A DNA stretch of 64,000 nucleotides from an uncultured Gemmatimonadales bacterium (GCA_963812085.1 CAWETL010000003.1:849706-913705), one strand, 5' to 3'; positions 1-11,628 are shown, counted from the first letter of the stretch. Program-made: numbers and translations. The notes: generated by a model not told the origin, from the letters alone.

Positions 1-544
1 AATCGAGGATCGAGTACATCACCGTATCCCGCATCCGGCCGCCCTGGGTGCGCTGGTACCTTCGAAAGACGCCTTCCTGCTGTGCCCCCAGGCGTTCGAT
101 TGCCCGGCGGGAGCGGGTGTTGAGCACGTCGGTCTTGAGCTCGACCCGATAGCACCCCCACACCTCGAAGGCGTGACGAAGCATCAGGTACTTGGCCTCG
201 GTGTTCACCGCGGTCCGCTGCCAGTCTGGCGCCACCCAGGTCCAGCCGATCTCGACGTGACGGTTCTCCGCGTCGATGTTGCCATACCGTGTCGAACCCA
301 CGACGCGTCCCGAGGCGACCTCCACGGTCGCGAAGGGAATGGACCGGCCCTCCGCCTGCTCGGCGAGGGTCCGCTCGAGCCACTCCCGCAGATCCGAAGG
401 CGTCTCGAGCCGATCGATGGTGGAGCGCCAGATGTCGGGGGCGAGCCCGACGGCCAGGAGCCCCTCCCAGTGCCGCTCGTCCAGCGGCTCGAGGCGGACG
501 ACGGCGCCAGTGAGCACCGGCGAGGTGAATTGCGCTGCATTCAT
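1..544 (-). CDS. GNAT-family N-acetyltransferase (RimJ/RimL-like); 3' end outside window
   Basis: Not in the ORF track because it runs off the window edge. Minus-strand ATG at 544..542 gives MNAAQFTSPVLTGAVVRLEPLDERHWEGLL...VGSTRYGNIDAENRHVEIGWTWVAPDWQRTAVNTEAKYLMLRHAFEVWGCYRVELKTDVLNTRSRRAIERLGAQQEGVFR, a typical GNAT core. Divergent from iadA. Confidence 0.7.
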   Translation of the reverse strand, partial: MNAAQFTSPVLTGAVVRLEPLDERHWEGLLAVGLAPDIWRSTIDRLETPSDLREWLERTLAEQAEGRSIPFATVEVASGRVVGSTRYGNIDAENRHVEIGWTWVAPDWQRTAVNTEAKYLMLRHAFEVWGCYRVELKTDVLNTRSRRAIERLGAQQEGVFRRYQRTQGGRMRDTVMYSILD

Positions 545-546
545 CC

Positions 547-576
547 TTCCAATATATGGCGTGTCGGCAGTATTAT
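547..576 (+). promoter_or_regulatory. Candidate sigma70-type promoter for the cyanophycin operon (TTCCAA-18 nt-TATTAT)
   Basis: Only AT-rich patch in the 70-nt divergent intergenic region between the GNAT gene and iadA. Hexamers at 547-552 and 571-576. Confidence 0.3.
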
Positions 577-614
577 CCCGGTCCCCACTCCCGCAGCCGG
601 AGCCTTCCCGCCGC

Positions 615-1784
615 ATGCTGACCCTGCTCAGGAACGCCGAGATCTACGCCCCGGAGCCCCGCGACGCACGCCACTTGCTGGTGGGCGGCGGCAAGGTACT
701 CTGGATGGGGCGCGACGCCCCGGCGCTCCCCTCCGCGCTCGGCGTGGTCGAACGGGACCTCGGTGGACGCCGCCTGATTCCCGGGCTCGTGGACGGGCAC
801 GTCCACCTGACCGGCGGCGGCGGAGAGTCGGGCCCCGAGAGCCGGGTGCCTCCCGTACCGCTGACCCGTTTTACCCGGGGCGGCGTGACCACGGTGGTGG
901 GCGTGCTGGGGACGGACGACCTGACGCGCTCGACCTCCTCGCTGGTGGCGGCCGCGCGCGGCCTCACCGCCGAAGGAATCAGCGCCTGGTGCCACACCGG
1001 GGGCTACCACCTTCCGCCGACGACGCTCACCGGGAGCGTGCGGGGCGACATCGTCCACGTGGACCGCATCATCGGCGTCGGCGAGGTGGCATTGAGCGAC
1101 CATCGCTCGAGCCAGCCGACGCTCGAGGAACTCCTCCGGCTCGCGAGCGAGGCCCACGTGGCGGGGCTCATGACCGGCAAGGCCGGCATCGTGCACCTGC
1201 ACCTGGGCGACGGACCGCGCGGCCTCCGCCTGGTCCGCGACGCCCTCGACGGAAGCGAAATCCCTCCCCGCGTGTTCAATCCCACCCATGTCAACCGGCG
1301 CCGCGCACTGTTCGACGAGGCCCTCGAGCTCGCCGGCCGCGGCGTCACCATCGACCTGACCGCCTTCCCGGTCGGCCCGGGCGAGGACGCCTGGGCCGCT
1401 GAGGACGCCCTGCTCCATTATCTCGGCGCCGGGCTCCCGCCGGAGCGCATCACGGTGAGCTCGGACGGCGGCGGATGCCTCCCGGTGTTCGACGGGGACG
1501 GGCGGGTGACCGACATGGACGTGGGAAGCCCGGGCGCGCTGGCGGCCGCACTCAAGTCGCTCCTCGACCGGGGACAGGCGCTGGAGCGCGTGCTGCCCGC
1601 CTTCACGTCCAATCCCGCCGACCTCCTCCGCCTCCCCGACAAGGGGCGGATCGAGGCCGGCGGCGACGCCGACCTCGTGGTCCTCAATCCCAACGGAGAC
1701 GTGACCGACGTGATGGCCATGGGACGCTGGCACGTGGTGGAAGGCCGGGCGGTGGTGCACGGCACGTTCGAGGCGGGCGCGTGA
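615..1784 (+). CDS. iadA: Isoaspartyl dipeptidase (beta-aspartyl dipeptidase, amidohydrolase superfamily)
   Basis: Internal ATG at 615 of ORF 276..1784: MLTLLRNAEIYAPEP...GLVDGHVHLTGGGGESGPESR. About 389 aa, the typical IadA length. Stop overlaps the next start (GTGA). Confidence 0.85.
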   Translation: MLTLLRNAEIYAPEPRDARHLLVGGGKVLWMGRDAPALPSALGVVERDLGGRRLIPGLVDGHVHLTGGGGESGPESRVPPVPLTRFTRGGVTTVVGVLGTDDLTRSTSSLVAAARGLTAEGISAWCHTGGYHLPPTTLTGSVRGDIVHVDRIIGVGEVALSDHRSSQPTLEELLRLASEAHVAGLMTGKAGIVHLHLGDGPRGLRLVRDALDGSEIPPRVFNPTHVNRRRALFDEALELAGRGVTIDLTAFPVGPGEDAWAAEDALLHYLGAGLPPERITVSSDGGGCLPVFDGDGRVTDMDVGSPGALAAALKSLLDRGQALERVLPAFTSNPADLLRLPDKGRIEAGGDADLVVLNPNGDVTDVMAMGRWHVVEGRAVVHGTFEAGA

Positions 1785-2623
1785 GCCCGGCCCGGTCGCC
1801 GGACGGCGCGCAGCGGGGCTGGATCGTTCCCGTGGGCGGCGCCGAGGACAAGATGCGCGACGCCCGGATCCTCCGGCGTTTCGTGGAACTCTGCGGCGGC
1901 AAGGACGCCCGGATCGCCATCATCCCGACGGCCTCGCAATTGGCCGACACCGGCGACCGCTACGAGGCGCTCTTCACCGAGCTCGGCGCGGGGCGCGCGC
2001 GGGCGCTGCCATTCGACAGCCGCGCCGACTGTGAGCGCGCCGACTGGCTCGAAAAGCTCGAGCGCGCGACCGGCGTGTTCCTGACGGGCGGCAACCAGCT
2101 CCGCCTCGCGACGACGCTCGGGGGCACCGAAGTGGCCCGGTCGCTCCGGACGCTCAACGCCGCCGGCGTGCACGTGGCCGGCACCTCCGCCGGAGCGGCG
2201 TTCCTGTCGGAGCACATGATCGCGAGCGGCGAGGACGGCGCGGTGCCCCGCTCCAACATCGTGACCCTCGCCCCCGGCCTCGGGCTCACCAACCGGGTCG
2301 TCATCGACCAGCATTTCCGCCAGCGCGACCGCCTCGGCCGCCTGCTGACGGCGCTGGCCTACAATCCGTTCGCGATCGGCGTGGGCCTCGACGAGGACAC
2401 CGCCGCCTTCATCGGGCCCGACGAGACCGTCGAGGTGGTCGGCAGCGGCGGCATCACGATCGTGGACTGCTCCGACGTGGAGTACTCCTCGATGGACCAG
2501 GTGGGCGACCACGAGCCGGTCTGTCTGCTCGGGCTGCGCCTGCACATCCTGACGGCCGGCGCCACCTACAATCTGCACACCCGCGTGGCCACGGCCCCGA
2601 GCGCCGCGACTACCCAGCCCTGA
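1781..2623 (+). CDS. cphB: Cyanophycinase (peptidase S51), no obvious signal peptide, so CphB-like
   Basis: GTG at 1781 is in frame with ORF 1475..2623 and overlaps the iadA TGA. Shows IVPVGGAEDK, IAIIPTASQ, FLTGGNQ and the GTSAGA serine motif. About 280 aa. Confidence 0.85.
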   Translation: MSPARSPDGAQRGWIVPVGGAEDKMRDARILRRFVELCGGKDARIAIIPTASQLADTGDRYEALFTELGAGRARALPFDSRADCERADWLEKLERATGVFLTGGNQLRLATTLGGTEVARSLRTLNAAGVHVAGTSAGAAFLSEHMIASGEDGAVPRSNIVTLAPGLGLTNRVVIDQHFRQRDRLGRLLTALAYNPFAIGVGLDEDTAAFIGPDETVEVVGSGGITIVDCSDVEYSSMDQVGDHEPVCLLGLRLHILTAGATYNLHTRVATAPSAATTQP

Positions 2624-2645
2624 CCCCGGCTCCCCCGGGAGGCGT

Positions 2646-5436
2646 ATGCGCATCATCGAAACCTCGGTCTACCTCGGGCCGAGCCTGTACGCCCATTTCC
2701 CCGTCATCCGGCTCGACATCGACCTTGGGCCCGTCGAGGCGTGGCCGACCGCTCGGCTCGGCCCGGCCTTCAACGACGCGCTGTTCGACGCCCTGCCCGG
2801 ACTGGCGGAGCACGGCTGCTCCTATGGCGACGCCGGCGGCTTCCGGCGCCGCGTCCTGGAAGACGAAGGGACCTGGCTGGGGCACGTGCTGGAGCACGTC
2901 GCGATCGAACTGCAGAACATCGCCGGCGCGCAGGTCACCTTCGGGAAGACGCGCTCCGCCGAGGCGCCCGGGCACCTACCACGTGGTCTACGAATACGAG
3001 CAGGAGGAGGTCGGGCTCGAGGCAGGGCGGCTCGCGCTGACACTGTTGCACTCGCTGCTGCCCGAGGAACTGCGCCCGCCGAGGAGCGTGCCGTCGGGGT
3101 TCGACTTCGCGGAGGAGCGGGACGCCTTCATCCGGTTTGCCCAGCGCCGCGCGCTCGGGCCGAGCACCGCCTCGCTGGTGCACGCCGCGGAGCACCGCGG
3201 CATCCCGTGGATGCGGCTCAACGACGCCAGCCTGATTCAATTCGGCTGGGGCCGCTACCAGCAGCGGGTGCAGGCCACGATCACGAGCCACACCTCGCAC
3301 ATCGCGGTCGAGATCGCCTCCGACAAGGAGGAGACCAACAAGATCCTCGCCCGGCTCGGCCTCCCGGTGCCGAAGCAGCGCCTGGTCCAGCGGGAAGACG
3401 AGGCCATCGACGCCGCGCGGCGGATCGGGCATCCCGTCGTGGTCAAGCCGTACAACGCGAATCACGGGCGCGGCGTCGCCATCAACCTGCGCGACGACGA
3501 GACGGTGGCGGTGGCCTTCCGCCAGGCGCAGGCCATCAGCCGGAGCGTGATCGTCGAGACCTTCATCCACGGCCACGACCACCGGATGCTGGTGATCGAC
3601 GGGGAACTCGTGGCGGTAGCCAAGCGGGTCCCGGGCCACGTGGTGGGCGACGGCACGCACACGATCGAGGAACTCGTCGGGATCGTGAACAGCGACCCCC
3701 GGCGCGGGATCGGGCACGAGAAGGTGCTCACCCGGATCGAGTTCGACTCGCAGGCCGACCGGCTGCTGGCGCAGCTCAACTACACCCGGCAGACGGTCCC
3801 CGCCGCGGGCGAGGCGATCTACCTGCGCTCCACCGGCAACCTCTCCACCGGCGGTACCTCGGTGGACGTGACCGACGCGGTCCACCCCGACAACCGCGAG
3901 ATGGCGATCCGGGCGGTCGAGGCGATCGGCCTCGACGTCGGCGGGGTGGACTTCCTGACGCCGGACATCACGCACTCCTACCGCGAGAGCGGCGGGGGCG
4001 CCATCTGCGAGGTCAACGCCGCGCCGGGCTTCCGGATGCACATGGCGCCGAGCGAGGGCAAGGCGCGCGACGTGGCCGGGCCGGTGCTCGACATGCTCTT
4101 CCCGCCGGGCACGCCCTCCCGCATTCCCATCGCGGCCATCACCGGCACCAACGGCAAGACCACCACCTCGCGGATGCTGGCGCACATCCACAAGCTGGCC
4201 GGGCGGACCGTCGGGCTCACCACAACGGACGGCGTGTACATCGACGGCAACCGCACCGTCGAGGGCGACATGACCGGGCCGATCGCCGCCCGGATGGTGC
4301 TGGGCGACCCGCAGGTGGACGTCGCCGTGCTGGAGACGGCGCGCGGCGGCCTGCTCCGCGCCGGCATGGGCTACCGCCACTGCGACGTGGCCGCCTGCCT
4401 CAACGTGAAGTCGGACCACCTCGGCCTCCGCGGCGTCGACACGCTCGAGGAACTGGCCAAGGTCAAGCGGATTCCCGTGGAGGTCGCGCGCGACACCGCG
4501 GTCCTCAACGCCGACGACCCGCTCTGCCTGGCGATGGCCGACTACACCGAGGCCAAGGTCATCTGCTACGTGACGCTCAACCCCGAGCACCCGCTGGTGC
4601 GCGAGCACATCCGCGCCGGCGGGAGGGCGCTGGCGCTCGAGGCCGGCGTCAACGGACAGATGATCACCATCTACGACCACGGCGCGCACATTCCGCTGCT
4701 GTGGACCCACCTCATCCCGGCCACGCTCGAGGGCCGCGCGACGCACAACGTGCAGAACGCGATGTTCGCCGCGGCGATGGCGTTCAGCATGGGCGTCAAG
4801 CTGGAGGACATCCGGCACGGCCTCCGCACCTTCGACACCAGTTTCTTCCAGGCACCGGGCCGGATGAACGTCTTCGACGAGCACCCCTTCAAGGTGATCC
4901 TCGACTACGGGCACAATCCCGACGCCGTCGAGGTCATGTGCCAGCTCACCGACCGGCTGGACGTGAAGGGCCGGAAGCTGGTGGTCCTGGCCGGACCTGG
5001 CGACCGCCGCGACGAGGACATCAGGGAAATCGCCCGCCGGGCGGTGGGGCGGTTCGACCATTACTTCTGCCGCCGGGACGATTCGCTCCGGGGGCGGACC
5101 GACGAGGAAGTGCCGCGGATCCTCAGGGAGACGCTGCTCGTCGCCGGCGTGCCGGAAAAGAAGATCACCGTGATCGCCGACGAGCAGCGCGCGGTGGACG
5201 CGGCGCTCCGGATGGCGAGGCCGGGCGACCTGCTGCTGGTCTTCGGCGACGCCATCTCGCGCACCTGGAAGCAGATCATCCACTTCCACCCGGACGTCGC
5301 GGGCCGTGGCGCCGCGCCGGCGTCGGCGCCTGCCGTGGTGGAGCAGCCTCCCGTCCCGGCCATGGCCATGCCCGAGGACGACCAGCTCATTCGCGACGAG
5401 CGCGGGGTGCGCCTCCCCCGGGAAGCCGACGACTGA
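2646..5436 (+). CDS. cphA: Cyanophycin synthetase CphA (N, ATP-grasp and Mur-ligase domains) with an apparent +1 frameshift near 2964-2973
   Basis: The first ~108 codons read in the frame of 2646 (MRIIETSVYLGPSLYAHFPVIRLDIDL...GKTRSAEAPG). The rest reads in the frame of 2725 (TYHVVYEYEQEE..., ATP-grasp region, P-loop ITGTNGKTTT, DYGHNP). The two frames join if one nt is removed from gcgcccgggc. Confidence 0.85.
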
Positions 5437-7163
5437 TGGTCCTGCCGGAGACGGTGCGGGATTCCCGGCGCCTCACCGGCCCGAACCTGGTGTCCGACCG
5501 CCCGGCCGCGGTGCTCGAGGTGGACCTCCCGCCCGGCGCGGCGGACGCCGCCGTTGGACTCTGGCGCGAGGAGGCCCGGCGCGCGCTCGAGGCGCTCGGC
5601 TGGGGCGGCGAGTCGCTCATCGTCCGGCAGTTCCCGGGCGGCGCGAGCCTGGCCCTCACCGCGCCGATCGACGCCCTCTACGCGGCCACTGAAGTGAATG
5701 AGTGGGCGTGGACCGCCGCGACCCGGCGGCTCCACGGCGAGCCGGTGGAGGCCGGACCGGAGCTCGCGCGCCTTGCCCTCGCGATCGCGGCCGAACGCCG
5801 GCCCGCTCTCCTGGCCCTCCAGCGCGCGGCCGCAGCGCGGGGCGTCCGGTTCCTCTGGGATGACCAGTTCGTCTCGGTCGGCTCCGGAACAGGCGCCAGC
5901 ACCTGGCCGGTGGACGCGCTGCCCGCCCCCGACGCCGTGGACTGGTCACGGGTGCATGACATTCCCGTGGCGCTGGTGACGGGCAGCAACGGCAAGACGA
6001 CGGTCACCCGGCTCACGGCGGCGATCATCACGGCCAGCGGGCGCGTGGCCGGGCACACCTCCACCGACGGGATCAAGGTCGGCTCCGAGCTCCTCGAGGC
6101 GGGAGACTTCAGCGGGCCCGGCGGGGCGCGGCTCCTGCTGCGGGACCCGCGGGTCGAAATGGCCGTGCTCGAGACGGCCCGCGGCGGACTCCTCCGGCGG
6201 GGCCTGGCCGTGGAGCGCGTGGAGGCGGCAGTCGTCACCAACATCGCCGAGGATCATCTCGGCGAGTCGGGCGTCTATTCGCTGGCACATCTCGCCGCCG
6301 CCAAGCTGGTCGTGGCCCGCGCGTTGGACGCCACCCACCCCATTGTCCTCAACGCCGACGACCCCGCACTCGTGGCCGCGGCCGACGCCCTCACCTGCCC
6401 AGTCGCCTGGTTCTCGCTCGATGCCGACAGCCCCGTGCTCACGGCCGCGCGTGCGCGCGGGCAGCGCACCGCCTGCCTCGACGGGCGTCAGCTGGTGCTC
6501 GGGGCGGGAGTATCAGTGCGATCGGTCACCACGGTGGACCGGGTGCCGATCACGGTCGGTGGTGCGGCGCGCCACAACGTGGCGAACGCCCTCGCCGCTG
6601 CGCTCCTCGCCTCGGCGCTCGGCCTGCCCGACGACGCCATCGCGAACGGCCTCGCGGCGCTGACCAATACCCCCGCCGGCAATGTCGGGCGCCTCAACGC
6701 CTTCGAATTCGGCGGCGTCCGCGCCTTCGTGGACTTCGCGCACAACCCGCACGGCGTCACGGCGCTGATGGACATGGCGCGCGCGCTGCCGGCCACTCGA
6801 CGGCTGGTCGTGATCGGCCAGGCCGGCGACCGCGACGACCACGCGATCCGCGAGCTGGCCCGCACCGCCTGGTCGGGGCGGCCCGACATGGTGATCGTCA
6901 AGGAGATGCCCGCCTACCTTCGCGGCCGCCCCGAGGGCGAGGTCACCGGCATGCTTCGGGCCGAGCTTCGGCGGCTTGGAGCGCGGGAAGATCAGCTCGG
7001 CCTGGCCGTCGGCGAACTCGGCGCGGTCCGCCGGGCCCTGACCTGGGCCCGCGACGGAGACCTGCTGCTCCTCACCGTCCACGCCGACCGCGACAGCGTC
7101 CTTCGTTTTCTGCAGCGGCTCGGCGCCGAGGGATGGACCCCCGGCGCCCCGCTTCCTACATGA
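5436..7163 (+). CDS. CphA-like protein with N-domain plus Mur-ligase domain and no ATP-grasp domain (CphA' type)
   Basis: ATG at 5436 overlaps the cphA TGA (TGATG). It is the tail of the artefactual 1505-aa ORF 2646..7163. N-terminus ETVRDSRRLTGPNLVSDRPAAVLEVDL parallels the CphA N-terminus. Then VTGSNGKTTV, NIAEDHLG and DFAHNPHG Mur-ligase motifs. About 575 aa. Confidence 0.8.
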   Translation: MVLPETVRDSRRLTGPNLVSDRPAAVLEVDLPPGAADAAVGLWREEARRALEALGWGGESLIVRQFPGGASLALTAPIDALYAATEVNEWAWTAATRRLHGEPVEAGPELARLALAIAAERRPALLALQRAAAARGVRFLWDDQFVSVGSGTGASTWPVDALPAPDAVDWSRVHDIPVALVTGSNGKTTVTRLTAAIITASGRVAGHTSTDGIKVGSELLEAGDFSGPGGARLLLRDPRVEMAVLETARGGLLRRGLAVERVEAAVVTNIAEDHLGESGVYSLAHLAAAKLVVARALDATHPIVLNADDPALVAAADALTCPVAWFSLDADSPVLTAARARGQRTACLDGRQLVLGAGVSVRSVTTVDRVPITVGGAARHNVANALAAALLASALGLPDDAIANGLAALTNTPAGNVGRLNAFEFGGVRAFVDFAHNPHGVTALMDMARALPATRRLVVIGQAGDRDDHAIRELARTAWSGRPDMVIVKEMPAYLRGRPEGEVTGMLRAELRRLGAREDQLGLAVGELGAVRRALTWARDGDLLLLTVHADRDSVLRFLQRLGAEGWTPGAPLPT

Positions 7164-8620
7164 GTATCGAACTCGACTCCGGTTTCGCCACCGCCCGCGA
7201 ACTGGCCCGGGCCATCCGGGAGCGGCGGATGAGCGCCGTCGAGGCGCACGACCTGCACCGCTCCCGCATCGACCGGCTCAACCCGCCGCTCAACGCCGTC
7301 GTCATCCCCAACGAACGCGCGCGCGACCAGGCCGCCGCCGCGGACGCCGCCCTCGCACGCGGCGAGCCGTGCGGCCCGCTCCACGGCGTTCCCATCACCA
7401 TCAAGGACATCTTCGACGTGGAGGGCCTCCGCAACACCGCCGGCTATCCTCCCGCGAAGGACAACATTTCCACCAGCGATGCGACCGTCACCGCGCGCAT
7501 GAAGGCCGCGGGGGCCATCATCCTCGGCAAGACGAACGTGCCCCTGCTCTGCTACGACTGGCAGTGCGACAGTCCCATCTTCGGCCGCACCAACAACCCG
7601 TGGGACCTCTCCCGCACACCGGGCGGAAGCACGGGGGGTGGCGCCGCCGCGGTGGCGGCGGGCCTTTCGCCGCTCGAGATCGGCAGCGACGCGGCAGGCT
7701 CGATCCGGATTCCGAGCCACTTCTGCGGCGTGTTCGGTCTCAAGCCCACCGAGGAGCGCGTCTCCGGCGCCGGACACGGCGAGCTCCCCGGCCGGCCGCC
7801 GGGCGGGCTGCGCCACCTCGTGAGTTTCGGCCCGCTGGCGCGCTCCGTGCCTGACTTGCGCCTCGCGCTCTCGCTGCTGGAAGGCCCCGACGGCCGCCAC
7901 GTCGAGGTGCCCCCGGTCCCGCCGATCGAACGCACGCCCGAGATTCCCCGGCCCGAAACGATCCGCATCGCCTGGATGGACGCCCTCCCCCACTGCCCGA
8001 CCTCCGCGGAGACCGCCGCGACCGTGCGAGCAGCGGCGACTGCGCTGGAGGCGGCGGGCTGCCGGGTCGAGCGTGTGAGTCCGGAGAACTTCGATGTCGA
8101 GGAGGCGCTGGCGACGTGGGGCCAGATCAACGGCTTCGAAATGGGCGCGATGACGCCGGCCTGGATCCGGCTGCTGATCCGGCACACCACGTTCATGGGG
8201 TTGGGGCGAACCCGGTGGACGCGGGGGCTTCGGGGAGGGTTCGGAATGAACGCGGGCCGCTACTTCGAGGCCCTCGCCACGCGGGACCGCCTGGTCGCTG
8301 CGCTCGACGCCTTCCTGGCCCGGTTCGATGCGTGGCTGCTGCCGGTCGCGGCCATCCCGGCGTTTCCCCACATGCGATCCGGGAAGTCGCTCGAGGTGGA
8401 TGGGGTCTCGGTGCCGTACACCACGGCGGTGGGCTCCTACGCCGCCCCCTTCAACCTGACTGGCAGTCCGGCCGTGGTGCTCCCTGCCGGCCGATCGGCG
8501 GATGGACTCCCGATCGGGGTGCAGCTGGTCGGCGCCCGCTGGGCGGACGATCGCCTGCTCGCCGTCGCCGAGCGGGTTTCCGAGATCCTCGGGCCCTACC
8601 GGGCGCCGCCGGGCGCCTAG
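7160..8620 (+). CDS. Amidase-signature family amidase (GatA-like)
   Basis: ATG at 7160 overlaps the preceding TGA (ATGA). Shows GVPITIKD, PGGSTGGGAAAVAAG and GSDAAGSIRIPS motifs. About 486 aa. Confidence 0.85.
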   Translation: MSIELDSGFATARELARAIRERRMSAVEAHDLHRSRIDRLNPPLNAVVIPNERARDQAAAADAALARGEPCGPLHGVPITIKDIFDVEGLRNTAGYPPAKDNISTSDATVTARMKAAGAIILGKTNVPLLCYDWQCDSPIFGRTNNPWDLSRTPGGSTGGGAAAVAAGLSPLEIGSDAAGSIRIPSHFCGVFGLKPTEERVSGAGHGELPGRPPGGLRHLVSFGPLARSVPDLRLALSLLEGPDGRHVEVPPVPPIERTPEIPRPETIRIAWMDALPHCPTSAETAATVRAAATALEAAGCRVERVSPENFDVEEALATWGQINGFEMGAMTPAWIRLLIRHTTFMGLGRTRWTRGLRGGFGMNAGRYFEALATRDRLVAALDAFLARFDAWLLPVAAIPAFPHMRSGKSLEVDGVSVPYTTAVGSYAAPFNLTGSPAVVLPAGRSADGLPIGVQLVGARWADDRLLAVAERVSEILGPYRAPPGA

Positions 8621-8673
8621 TCCTTGGTGATGGTCGGCGAACCGAACTTCGGCGGTCGCGGTAGAATCCCTTC

Positions 8674-8757
8674 TGTCATTGCGAGGCCACGAAGTGGCCG
8701 AAGCAATCTGGCCCGAGATTGCTTCGTCGGCCCCACCGGGGCCTCCTCGCAATGACA
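8674..8757. repeat. Palindromic intergenic repeat, family A (TGTCATTGCGAGGC...GCCTCCTCGCAATGACA), copy 1
   Basis: Outer inverted repeat tgtcattgcgagg / cctcgcaatgaca, inner repeat gaagcaatc / gattgcttc. Lies between convergent genes. Related copies at 40984-41067 and 62963-63105. Confidence 0.8.
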
Positions 8758-8791
8758 GAACTGCCGCCGCAGGCTGTCGCACCGAGGCACG

Positions 8792-11122
<2,331 letters not shown>

Positions 11123-11233
11123 CGGGCGGCGAATCGGCCGTAAAGGTACAGGGGCGCGGGAGGGTGTCCAAGCCGGGCGGGGATCCGTAAATTGTGGGCG
11201 TTGCAGTCCCTCGCACTCGACCCCGGAGCCCTG

Positions 11234-11599
11234 ATGCAATTCAAGGCTTGTGCTGCACTCATCCTCGCCAGCCTGGCGGTCGCCGGGTGCGGCAATGATG
11301 CCACCCCCGCGAACACCGACAAGACGGCGCCCTCGGTGGCCATTGCGTCGCCGGCCGCCGGCACCGTCAGCGGGACCGTCACGCTCGCCGTCACCGCCAC
11401 CGACGCCAGCGGGATCGCGACAGTACAGTGGAAGATCAACGGGGCGCTGCTGACTGCGGTCGATTCCACGGCGCCCTTCGAGTACGCCTGGAATACCGCG
11501 CTGAACGGGCCCGGGACCTATACCTGGACGGCGGTGGCCACGGACAAGGCGGGCGTCGGCGCCGAGTCGGCGCCGGTCACGTACATGGTCGGCCTGTAG
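11234..11599 (+). CDS. Lipoprotein with bacterial Ig-like domain
   Basis: Internal ATG 11234: MQFKACAALILASLAVAGCGND (lipobox). Followed by VAIASPAAGTVSGTVTLAVTATDASGIATVQWKINGALL, typical of Ig-like repeats. Confidence 0.6.
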   Translation: MQFKACAALILASLAVAGCGNDATPANTDKTAPSVAIASPAAGTVSGTVTLAVTATDASGIATVQWKINGALLTAVDSTAPFEYAWNTALNGPGTYTWTAVATDKAGVGAESAPVTYMVGL

Positions 11600-11628
11600 C
11601 CCAGCCTCCCGCCGCCTGGCATGAAGTG

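Noticed and set aside
573-1760. Long antisense or shadow ORFs (for example 573..1760-, 2935..5289-, 9125..11143+, 16346..18313-, 37526..39538+, 45961..47439+, 47550..49985+, 49739..51724+, 51393..53270+, 53210..55000+, 55851..57662+, 58744..59916+, 59358..61136+, 60790..63186+, 62951..64000-)
   Set aside because: They lie opposite genes with clear family motifs. They have biased R/G/P/A/H composition and show no recognisable domains.
2960-2975. Programmed +1 ribosomal frameshift in cphA
   Set aside because: I could see no slippery or hungry-codon context, stimulatory structure or conserved recoding precedent. Similar breaks in three unrelated genes argue for indel error.
2646-7163. 1505-aa ORF spanning the whole cphA region and the next gene
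   Set aside because: Only its first ~108 codons (cphA N-terminus) and last 575 codons (cphA paralog) look like protein. The middle is Arg/Pro/Gly-rich out-of-frame read-through of cphA, typical of stop-poor high-GC DNA.
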